This document shows, one piece after another, positions 40,264 through 51,700 of a stretch of DNA of 64,000 nt. The notes beneath the pieces are model-generated. The model did not search any database. It was given only the letters and a program-made list of their open reading frames with translations, and was not told where the DNA came from. Every line of letters begins with the position of its first letter. Within the stretch, counting starts at the first letter, position 1. Source of the DNA: Saccostrea echinata (lineage: Eukaryota); contig NW_026889803.1 in the NCBI RefSeq assembly GCF_033153115.1, forward strand, positions 62,062,001 through 62,126,000. The letters run 5' to 3'. Both the position numbers and the translations under genes were made by a program.

Positions 40264-43200
40264 TTACTCCACAGACCACTCCTCGAAGAAATCATTGCCT
40301 TTATTATCTACAACAATGAAAGCTGGGAAGTTCTCCACTTCAACTCTCCACACAGCCTCCATTCCTATTTCAATCAAACAATCACAAAATTATCAGTTTA
40401 TAAATTCCTCTTTCTTCTTATATGTCTAAACAACAACTAACTAACACATTATTCAAAATAAAAATATCAAGAGGTTGGAAATTAACTAGATTAGAATAAG
40501 TATTTTTACCTAATTCTGGGTATTCCAGCTGCTCCACTTTCTTGATACAGTTTTGTGCCAATATAGCAGCTGGTCCACCAATGGACCCCAGGTAGAATCC
40601 ACCATTGCCCTTACAGGCCTTTGTCACCTGTGTCAATCAAATAATACAGTCTATTATAACTAAATTATCTTTGGAAATGTTTGAAACATAATTTATTTCA
40701 ATTAAACCTTGACAAAGTGTAAAATATGACTACGTGTTCAAATCAATGTGAAACATGAATTTACCTATATACTTATGTGTAAAACATGAATTTACCACTT
40801 TACTTCTGTGTGAAATGTGTATTTACCTGTCTATGTCTGTGAGAGACATGTATTTACCTGTCTATGTCTGTGAGAGACATGTATTTACCTGTTTACTTCT
40901 GTTGCCTTTTGCCAACATAACCATGCTTCCTCCTGCTTTCTGAAATTCATCTACATACGAGTCCATCCTCCCAGCTGTTGTAGGACCAAAAGATCCAGAC
41001 GGAAGTCCCTAGATGTGTGAAGAATCACAAGAATTTAGTTAATTCACATCCCAATTACATGTATTGTGTACAGTAAAACACACTAATGGTGAGGACCCGG
41101 GTATGAACAATATCAATTTGTTATAAACATTATAATTCATTATATCTGAGAAGTTCATGATAAGTACATTTTAAAATTATGAGGAGTGACAATCACTCTG
41201 CTGTAAGGGTGAATTCATTATAAGCTTGTTCATTGTATCTGTACATAGAACTTGTAGCTGTAGAGACTACACTGACCTCTGGAGTCTTGGCTGGTCCTGC
41301 ATAATATACCGGGTGGTCCTTGAAGTACTGTGGCAGAGAACCCTCTGTTCTCAGTCTCTCCTGAAGCTTGGCGTGGGCTATATCTCGGGCTACTATAAGG
41401 GTACCTGACAAACTTAACCTGGTCTTCACCGGATACTTGTCTAATGATTTCAGTATCTTATCCATACCATCATTTAAATTAACCTGTGGGGAAATGGAGA
41501 ATAACTTTCAATCACAATGACCAAAAGTGTTTCAAAAACACCAATCTGAACCAAGAATGAAAAGGTATTGTCCCTTATATGTACATGTACTATTGATGGA
41601 TTCATTCATAAATTTAGTAATGTGGTTAAGAAATTATTAAAGTAATATGAGCTGCATTTTTGAGAATTTAATTTTTCTGTTAAAATGTGCTATTTTGATA
41701 AATTTCTATGTATTTTGAATCTTTTTGATCAATTTGACTTAAATAAAGTATTTAATAATTTCAGAAGAAAGATTTCTTTACAATCGAATATATAGTATTA
41801 TATAAGGAATCAATATTGTACAGGATGACAATAATGTAATTCTGCTTCAACCAAAGCTTAAAAATAGTTCTTTCATCGCAAATATGAAAAACAAAACTTT
41901 ACAAACAGTTTGTTTTCCTGTCATTGAAATAGTTAATTACAATTTGCAACAAAAATTTCCGCCATCAAATTTGCAGCTCATATTGCTTTAAAAATTATGG
42001 TAAAACCCAAGATCATCATCAGTTAAAAATTAATTTATTTTAGTTATTTAAATACATGAGGCACAGACCTGAACAACCTCTGTAGTGAGATCTTTCTCCT
42101 GAACCTCTGGCATGTACTTTGAAGGGTTTGTCTCCAGTTGCTCAAGGAAGACTCCATCTTCTGTTATTTTCCCTAAAACCTGAAGGAATTTTCAACAACT
42201 ATTAATAAAACAACTATATTATATGAGCTAAAACAGAGTGCATGTATTAAAATCTTAATTTAATATAAAGTTAAGTAGGTTCTCTCAGTCTGAAGTGTAC
42301 ATTTTGTAAAACTTTCAGCTACAGGTTGAATTTCGGTATCTCGAACACTGATATCTCAAATACCATGGATATGTCGAAGTGAATTGGAAATCCCAACCAC
42401 TTATTCTTTATGTATTTAACCCTTGATATCTCAAATACTGGGATATCACTAAGTTTTTTCTCGGTCCCATTGAGTTCGAGATAACGTGGTTTAACTGTAT
42501 TTAGTATCTCACCTGTCTGTCAGCTGAACAGGACACGCCTATTCCTACTGGACAGGAAGCACCGTGACGAGGCAGTCGCACCACCCTCACATCATGACAG
42601 AAATATTTACCCCCAAACTGAGCCCCAATTCCTGTCTTCTGTGTCAATTCATGGATCTTCTTCTCCATGTCTAAGTCACGGAAACCTCTTCCGTGTTCAT
42701 TTCCTGTAAAATATTTCCAAGTTTCAATAAGTTCATACTTAAAATAGAAAGGCTAATTTAATACCTCAGAAATAGTAATGCTCTTAATTGTTTACCTGAC
42801 TTGAAGATGCTATCAAGGTATTTGGTGGATGCTAATTTCACAGTTTTTAAGTTGAATTCTGCTGAAGTTCCTCCTATAACAATGGCCAAATGATAAGGTG
42901 GACAAGCAGCTGTACCTAATGTCTACAATTGAGAAGTAAAAACAAAAAGAACAAAATCTTGTCAAACAAAAATGCCATTCCTATTAATTATTAGAAAAAT
43001 GTACTAAAAAGACATTTTAACCTATGTTTTATCTTTGACAAAACTACTGTTTCAGGTTAAGGGGACTTTCTTTACCTTTATTTTCTCATTGACAAAAAAT
43101 CAAAAATTTTCTGGCTTTTCAAAGGCTTTCTTACCTTTATTTTCTCATTAAAAAAAACTCAGATTTTTTTCTGAGTTGTAGAGGGCTTTCCTGCCTTTAT

Positions 43201-45091
43201 TCCTCATTGACAAAACTCATAAGTTTTTCTGAGATGAGAAAAGTCTTACTTACCTACTTACCTTTTTTTCTCATTAACAAAACTCATGTTTTTCTGGGTT
43301 GAGGAGGGCATTCTCACTTATTTTATCATTGAATTGCATAAGCTTTTCTAGGTTAAGGAGGGCTTTCTTTCCTTTATTTCTCATTGATAAAATTCTTCAG
43401 TTTTTCAGGGTTGAAGGAGGCTTTATTACCTTTATTTTCTCATTAACAAAACTCATCAGTTTTTCAGGGTTGAGGAGGGCTTTTGTTTGCTGATACAAGA
43501 ATGTCTTGTTGGCTGACCCTCCTCCTTTAGCAATGAACAGGAAGTCGTACTGATTACTGTTAGTGGAATAAATTTCTATCTGAGCTGGCAGGTTGGTACC
43601 AGTGTTTGCCTCTTTATACATATCCAGTGGTGCAACCTTTAACAAACATTTTTTTTAAATTAAATTTACTGACAGTATTTGTCAAATGAGTTAATATAAA
43701 GTGAAGAAAACCAGGCATTACTCAAAAAAAAAATCACAAATTTATCATCATCATCATTTTCCAACTAAAATGAATAAATATTTTTTTTATTTTTAAATTT
43801 AGTCATTAGTTAATCAAAGGTAGATTTATAGAAACTTTTTTCAACAAAAAGTGAGAACAAATGAACATATATAGAAACATAAATATTTGACTAATACCTG
43901 TGAATATCTTAGATTTTTCTTGGTGTAAGTATTGTATACACCTTTGGATAATGCCTCGGCATCATTTCCATCTGTCCAAACATACTGACCTTTTTTACCT
44001 AATGAAGGAGAATCAACAGAATTCAAATTGATTATATCTAATGCAGGAGTGATAAGTGTAAGGATAATTACAATTTTATCGAAAAATTGGTATTATTCTC
44101 TCAAAATTCTATTTACAGATGTAATTTCTAAAAACTTACTATCAATTCATTTGCATGTATCAGTATATATTTTTCAGTATTAAACAAATTGCTAAATGTA
44201 ACACTAACCCATTATAATTGCTGTGCCTGTATCCTGACACCCAGGAAGTACCATTCCTGCTGCAACATTAGCATTTTTTAGAAATTCAAGAGCAACATAA
44301 CGGTCATTCTCTGATGCCTCTGGATCCTTCAGTATATTGGATAGTTGCTGTCAAAGATATATAAAATCATTTTTATGCTGTGTAGAAACTGTAAAAAAAA
44401 ATTTACTGCTCTGCCCCTGATTAAAAATGGACAAACTTACAAGAAAAACCCTTACTTTTCCATCTTTCCTATGTTAATGATAAATTTTTCTCATTTTTTT
44501 TTTTTTTTTTACAAATTTACCTGCAGGTGAGCTGGTCTTAATAAGTGGGCCACATCAATCATTGCTTGTTCTGAGATCAAAGTTAGAGCCTCTGGTTCAA
44601 CATTAAGACATTTCTTCCCCTTCACCTCAAACGTAGACACATAGTCACCTAAATACAGAGTTAAATCATACATAAATTTAAAAAAAAAATTATAATTGGA
44701 AACTTTTTGTAAATTATAACAAACGCAAGAACCTATTAAGATACAATACTAAATCTTAACTTACTACGCCATGAAGTAGTTAAATTCATACAGAAGTATC
44801 AAGATTTCATTAAATCAAATTCAATTTGTCTCTATTAGTCATATTGCAATACCACTGAAATGTAATATCTGAAAAAGTCAAAACAATTCTGTACAACATC
44901 AGCATTGATTATATTCTAAAAACCATACCTGTTAATTTCTTAAATGGGGTATCATGGGGTCTTTCGAATTGCAAGATGTCCTGGTAGAAGAATGGCTTCA
45001 CTGCAGTGGCAGTTGTTGCCTTATGTCGCAGTGAACAGCGACACACTGTCTGGAGGACAGATAGCAATTTACCATTGCTGTTCATGGTCAT
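40264..45091 (-). CDS. Class I (4Fe-4S) fumarate hydratase, FumA/FumB type, with mitochondrial-type leader; 12 exons, 570 aa
   Basis: Exons 45091-44929, 44648-44521, 44347-44209, 43998-43898, 43636-43430, 42922-42796, 42703-42513, 42179-42069, 41483-41277, 41008-40889, 40627-40510 and 40364-40264 join in frame (1713 nt). Motifs: [92 protein letters not shown]. Confidence 0.97.
40755..40900. repeat. 31-bp minisatellite containing copies of the fumarase exon 10 donor
   Basis: atttacctgt at 40821, 40852 and 40883 (the real junction), with degenerate copies near 40760 and 40790. Confidence 0.88.
41069..41258. mobile_element. Degenerate pogo/Tc1-like MITE in a fumarase intron
   Basis: Begins TACAGTAAAACAC, has internal ttataa/ttcattata subrepeats, and has an eroded right end. 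Confidence 0.45.
42320..42499. mobile_element. pogo/Tigger-like MITE with TA target duplication
   Basis: TA|CAGGTTGAATTTCGGTATCTCGAAC...GTTCGAGATAACGTGGTTTAACTG|TA. Confidence 0.78.
43050..43485. repeat. ~57-bp minisatellite derived from the 3' end and donor of fumarase exon 5, about 7 copies
   Basis: ttacctttattttctcattaacaaaactc...gggttgaggagggctttc at ~43072, 43131, 43191, 43258, 43314, 43368 and 43426 (the real exon end). Confidence 0.9.
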
Positions 45092-45354
45092 CTTTATAAA
45101 AATACAATGGTCTTTATACTAAAGGTATGTACAAGCTGTGTCACATTTCCTTATCCAGCTTAATGTATTCATAAAAATATTCTTGAAAAAGGAGAAACAT
45201 ACACTTTTCTTATTACGTGTGAAATAGTTAGCAGTATAATAAAGTAAAAAAAGTCGCTTGTATAAAGTCTTATAAACTACTATTTTTATGAAGATTCGCC
45301 GAATCTAGAAAAAAAAACTGTAATCATGGTTATGTAGACAACATAAATACTTAC

Positions 45355-45701
45355 CTGATTACCACCGTATACCGTAGGCCAAAGCTTTCCAAGGGTAACA
45401 GATAATTTTCTTTACTCTAATATAAGAAATAAAGCAATATCGTACAAAAAATGTTCAGCTGAATACTACTGACACGAATCTTTTAAACTAAAACGTCAAA
45501 AAATTCTCATCTTGTGGAGGCCCTCATTCGTCTGCTGTCCTTGAACTATTTGCAGGTCTGTTAAACGCTTCCTTACATGACAAAACAAAATCGATAGTAC
45601 AAGCGTTTTGAAGACGCGAGTATACTTTCTACTTTCACTTTCAACATGTTTTCTGCATGATGTGATGATGAGGAAGTAGTTCAGGTACGATAGACGGAAC
45701 C
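45355..45701. promoter_or_regulatory. Putative bidirectional promoter and 5' UTR region
   Basis: A minus-strand donor (CAG|GTAAGT at 45355) marks a non-coding fumarase exon; the ATG of the + gene is at 45702. Confidence 0.6.
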
Positions 45702-48700
45702 ATGGACCAACAAGAGAAACGAGAGGAGCCACTGACGTTTGCAGACCTGGGAATAACTGCAGCTCCGAAGCTAGAAGAAGGGGCATTAGGCAAGGTGCAT
45801 GTCGATATCCTTCCTCTGTTTTTTTCTTGCTTTGTAGGCGTAGTTGTACAGAATTCTCAGTAGTTAACGAGAGAATCAGATCGTTCTTGCAATATGTATA
45901 ATGCGTGTTTAAAAAGCTTTGATACTTACAACATGTGTTTTGAAGTTTCGGCCGTATGGGTAGATTCTAGTTTTCTTAACTGCAGGTCAGAGTGATCAAA
46001 TGGCTAATGACATGTTGTCGATGATATATTAAAATTAAATATAACAATTAATAACACAATTTAATTTACAATTTGTTTATTATTTATGATCTTCATATCA
46101 ACAAATATGAATCAATTCATAATAAAAAAAAATTAATGCATCAATTTCCATGAGTTTACTGTGACAGTGTCACACATGTATACTGTACATGCGTCTAGTC
46201 TCTGGTGATACTGGAAATACAATTCTCCTTTGTTTTAAAAATGAGACCCGAACAGCTGTCAATGATTCCATTGTTGGGCCACATCCTTTCCACACTTCCC
46301 TGTCTTTTTATTTATAACATTCAATTTTTTAAATTTCTTTTTTAGTATATTCCAAAGTAAAATATATATAAATCTTCAATTTTTTTTCTTTTGAATTCAG
46401 TGAGGACAGCATCAGTGTCATTTTTTTAAAAAAAAGTTTTGACATTCTTATTCTAGTGTACATGTATTTATCAGGGATGATTTTCACAAGTCATTTGAGT
46501 CATCAAAATTCAACTAACATGTATCAGCTCAAATACTTTGCTTCACTGGTCCACTTAATTAGCAAGGATTGATATATTAACTAAAAAAAAAAGGTGGATC
46601 CACCTGACTTGAATATTCATATAGTACTAATCAAACTTTAAAATTTAATAAACCACAGCCCACTGGCCATCACTTCTTTTAGTCTTGGTTTGTTATTACC
46701 CTAGGTATAAAATCTTGTATAAAATAATGAACAAAGTCACATGTTAAATAAAATATCTCGTGATTTGAAGTAATATCTTGCACTTGCACACAGGGAAGTG
46801 AGAAAAAAAATCAATGTTGAAATGGTATCAATGTACAAGTATTTAATTCACTTAAGTGTACCATATGTTTCATGTAGAATATAGGTGGATACAGTTAATA
46901 TACACTGTACTATGTGTCATCTGTTACCTTAGTGATGTTTTAACTTTATCAGTAATGCTGACACTGTTTAATAATCACTTATAAATTATAATAATGATAT
47001 AAACAAGGGAAACCAATACACACAATTATCTCTGATATGTGACTTGTCAGATATATTTTCCCTGTTTGCAAAATGTCACTGTCATTCATTAGATACTTGG
47101 TATTTCATTCTCTGCCACTTGATATGATTTTCTAAACTGTATGAAAGTTAACCTACTTTTAATAGTGCCACTTGTTACTAAAAAAAAGCCACAAAAGTTT
47201 TGGATTGATTGAATTACTGTAAACGTACATAAATACATGGGAGCGAACTCAAAATTTAGAGCAATCTTCCTCTTCATCTGATCAGCGCAATCATAAATTA
47301 GCGCACACGAGTCTTGAAAACGACAAGTATTGATTTATAACATACAATGTATATTAACGTGTACAGAAGTAGCACGAAAAGCGCTTGAATATGACCACCG
47401 CTAAAATAAGTACGTTTACAGGATTATTTTATCAAATATCAGCTTCTATGAATGAAAGTAATGAGACTGTTAAGGCCAGGTACGGGTACACAATGATTTA
47501 CCATTACCCACTTATTATGCTTTCCACCTAGAAATTTTGTATACAACTGTTCATATTTTTATGCACAGAAAAGACCTCTGAAAGATTTGGAGAAGAAAGA
47601 AATAGCATTTGCTGTGATATCAATACTCAGTTCTTTAGGCGCCATTGGCCTGGCAATTCAACGATTAGCCACCACCAGTAATGGAAATCCAGACTTCACA
47701 TTCGCCCTTGTCATCATTGTTAATGCTGGTACATAGATAAGACTGTATCTGAACATTCTTTGAATACTGTAAAACTTTACTTAGCAGAATCTTATTTCAG
47801 TGTCTTATATTCCATCAATTCAATTAAAAACCGCAAAACTGTGTGGTGTTGAATACTTTATTTATACATTTGATTTCATATCTCTAATTATAAAGAATGT
47901 CCGACTTGACCTGCTTTTTTTTCTTGCCAGTGAAATCACAAGTCTCGTTGTGAATTATTAAAAATGAAATATATGTCATTTCAGTTTTTTGTATGTATTA
48001 CGTTTTCCACGGCCTTCTTGCGGAGCGACCCTACGAGATCATCGTCATGGTGCTAGCGACCATCGCTGTTACAATTTATGTCATCGTTAATTTTATTCTT
48101 GGCCCAAAGAAGGATGTCAAAATTGTGAGTATCAATAGACCAGTGAGAAACCTTGTTTATAAACCTCATAAACCTTTTTACATACTCCAAAAACCGAACA
48201 CTATTGCATCTTCGCTAGCCAAAGGTGTCTGATCCACTACTTACAAACGGTTTGTGAGGAGAGTAGCGGATCAGAAACCCTCGGCTAGCGAAGATGGGCA
48301 TATTATAACTAAGACGTGATTTGCGCATTAATATCTATAAAATGACACTAGGTTTGTGACGAAAGGAGACGTTGACCCACCCCATACTGACACCACCCCC
48401 CTCCCCCACAACAGTCCTCTGTTTTGTGATGCTATGAATTTTACGACTTGGGTCTGTTGCATTTCCTGTGACACAGTTATTGGAAGGTGTTTACAAAAAA
48501 TACATTCAGCAGTAAGGAGATGGGTGAACAAGCCGTGCAGAATGCCTATAGCTTCATATATATATAAATCATATTTAATTTGTGAATTTAGTATTTAGAG
48601 TAAAGTTTCCATTATTGAAATTTATGAAATTATGACAAACAAAACTTTTCTGAGGAAAATTTTCTCGGCAAATATTATTCTTTTATTAAAAAATAATGTG

Positions 48701-51700
48701 GTATTCGAAGGATTCGAATCCCTAGCGATAAAAATCCTGAGTATCATTTTCTTTTGAGACTAACACGCTAACCATTACGCTTCACAACCCCCAATGAATT
48801 GTGTTGTGACCCTTGAATAAATGGACTTCAAGTATTTCTCGGAAAGATGCGAATGTTGTGTCATAAAAGTGTATTTTAAAGGTATAGTGGGTCTTTGCTC
48901 CATGATTTTGTTGACCAAATATGTATATTTTCACGTAAACTTTGAGGTTAAACTTTCCAAAAAATTAGATCGAAGACCCGCTCATATCGAAAAAATGTGT
49001 TATAGTATGAGAAAATGTTCCATTCTGCCCTCTAAAGTGTGTGGTTCCTATTTCAAAAGCATATAATTTCAATCTTTGTGAGATTCTTGCAAATTTTGGA
49101 AATTTTACAAAAAATATACTTTAATGTTAGTTGAAATATCAAAGAAAATTTTGGTATAATTAATAATTAATTTTCACCTTCATTTTTATCCCACTAAAGG
49201 CACTTCTCTCGCCTTCCTCTCCCATCTTTACTGGCCAACCTTACATACCTTTAGATTATATGTGCAATATTCTCTGTTACTAACTTGCTTTCTTTCTGTT
49301 GATTTATTTAATGCCGTATGTTTTTCACTTAAAGAAATAACTTTGATTCGATTATCTCTAGATCAATACGTAAAGATTTAATTGGAGGAGGGGAGTATTC
49401 TCCCAAAAGTTATAGACAAAATTGTATAGCCCTGTGACCTTGACCTTAGATATTTGACCTTGGATCAGTATCAACAATGGTAATGGGGATTAAGGTATTA
49501 CTGTCAAGTGATTTTAAAGTCTTGCAATAGATTTTGCACTTTGTCTGCCGTGTATTGAATTACCACCTGCAAGCAGAAAAAAATCCCTAACTTAGGTGTT
49601 TATCAATATGATTTATGATATGCAAGTACAAAAGAAAAAAGATGTGTTTGTGAAACACTGATGCCCCCATATGGCAGCTTATGGCGAAGGTTAAAGTTTC
49701 TCAAATGCAAGTCAAAATCCAGGCCAAAAGATAAAAAAATGTTAAATTTGAAAGCCCTAGCTGCAACTGTTCAAAAGTTATGGCGAAGGTTAAAGTTTTT
49801 TAAAAGTAAGTAAAACATCAAGGTCAAGGTCAGAGTTGTTGGTATCCAAAGGAAGGTCTTGTCACAAGGATTACATATGTAAAGTATGAAAGCCCTAGCA
49901 CCAACCATTCAATAGTTATGGCCAAGGTTAAAGTTTTTTGAAAGTAGGTCAAACTCCTATGTCAAGGTCAAAGGGTCAAAGTGGTTGGTATCCAAAGGAA
50001 GATTACATATGTGAAGTATGAAAGCCCTAGCACCAAGCATTCAAAAGTTATGGCCAAGGTTAAAGTTTTTTCAAAAGTAGGTCAAACTCCTATGTCAAGG
50101 TCAAAGGGTCAAAGTGGTTGGTATCCAAAGGAAGGTCTTGTCACAAGGATTACATATGTGAAGTATGAAAGCCCTAGCATCAACCATTCAAAAGTTTTGG
50201 CCAAGATTAAAGTTTTTCAAAAATAGGTCAAACTCCTAGGTCAAGGCCAAAGGGTCAAAGTGGTTGGTATTCAAAGGAAGGTCTTGTCACAAGGATTACA
50301 TATGTGAAGTATGAAAGCACTAGCTCTAACCGTTCAAAAGTTATGGCCAAGGTTAAAGTTTTTCAAAAGTAGGTCAAACTCCTAGGTCAAGGTCAAAGGG
50401 TCAAAGAGGTTGATATCCAGAGGAAGGTCTTGTCACAAGGAATACACATGTGAAGTTTGAAACCCCAAGCACCAACTGTTCAAAAGTTATGGCCAAGGTT
50501 GAAGTTTTTCAAAAGTAGGTCAAACTCCAAGGTCAAAAGGTCAAAGTTGTTGGTATCCAAAGGAAGGCCTTGTCACAAAAAATACACATGTGAAGTTTGA
50601 AACCCCAAGCACCAACTGTTCAGAAGTTATGGCCAAGGTTAAAGTCTCATAAAATTTTGCAAAAGTGGATCAAACTCCAAGGTCAAGGTCAAAAGGTCAA
50701 ATATGATGGTACCCAAAGAAAGATCTTGTCACAAGGAATACACATGTGAAATATGAAAGTCATAGCTCCAACCAATCAAAAGTTATGGGCAAGGTTAAAG
50801 TTGACAACAGACTGACAGACAAACAGACAGAGAGGACAAAAACAATATACCCCCGGGATCTTTCGATCCGGGGGCATAAAAAGTATCTGTATCTCTGGAT
50901 GAAATGCAGAGAAGACTTCAACACACGAGTCTGTTACAAATGAAAGAAAATCTCTCAAGGAAGAACAACGGTCCTGAATAGGAATTCTCTCTAATGTTGA
51001 CGGTATTCTAAAAGAAAAAAAAAATAGAAAGTTTATCATATAGCTTTATATTATATGGGGAAAATTGAGAAAATTCATTGTTTGAAGGTTATGAAATGGA
51101 ATTATTTATTATAATGACCCTTGATCATTTATTGTAGGCTAGATTGGTACTCGTGTGTATTTTGAGTCCTATCATCGTTGTTATGGGGTTTATTATCGCC
51201 AAAGAGTACCACGATTCCGGCAGACTGATTTTCCGGATGGTTGGTGCTGATTCAACTCTTCAAGGATTCTGTAAAAATCTCTTTTTGTTCCTGGGTTTGC
51301 AGAAGTTTGATCTACAATTAAATGTAAGATGACAGGCAATTATTAAGTCATGTGAGGACACATCATTCAACATGTTCAAATAATTAGAATAATAATCTTA
51401 AACCCTAATAATGTTTTTATCTATACACACAGGCATTTCCCAAGTTATAATTAGGTTCATATCTTAATCATGATAATTGCTTTATTTTCCTTTTGCATTT
51501 TTTTTAATTTCTCGAGTCTTTGTATGGAAGCTATTGTGACTTCTCAAGTCCTGCATTATTGTCAAAGTACAATAATTTATATATTTGCTAATGAAGGTGA
51601 CAATGGTGCTGTTGATTCTTCAGTCAGGGACTAAAGTGGACACAGAGGACATCGTCATCATATCTGTCGGAGTTCCGGTCACTATCGCGTGTTTTGCTCT

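Noticed and set aside
40264-45091. Bacterial contamination or recent transfer explaining the fumA/fumB-like gene
   Set aside because: It has eleven canonical GT-AG introns, host-type MITEs inside introns, a leader peptide and flanking animal genes.
48698-48786. Functional tRNA gene
   Set aside because: No proper acceptor stem or anticodon arm; the same applies to 19548-19600.
49981-50943. Short repeated ORFs (KYESPS..SKVMAKVKV)
   Set aside because: They are translations of the satellite units.
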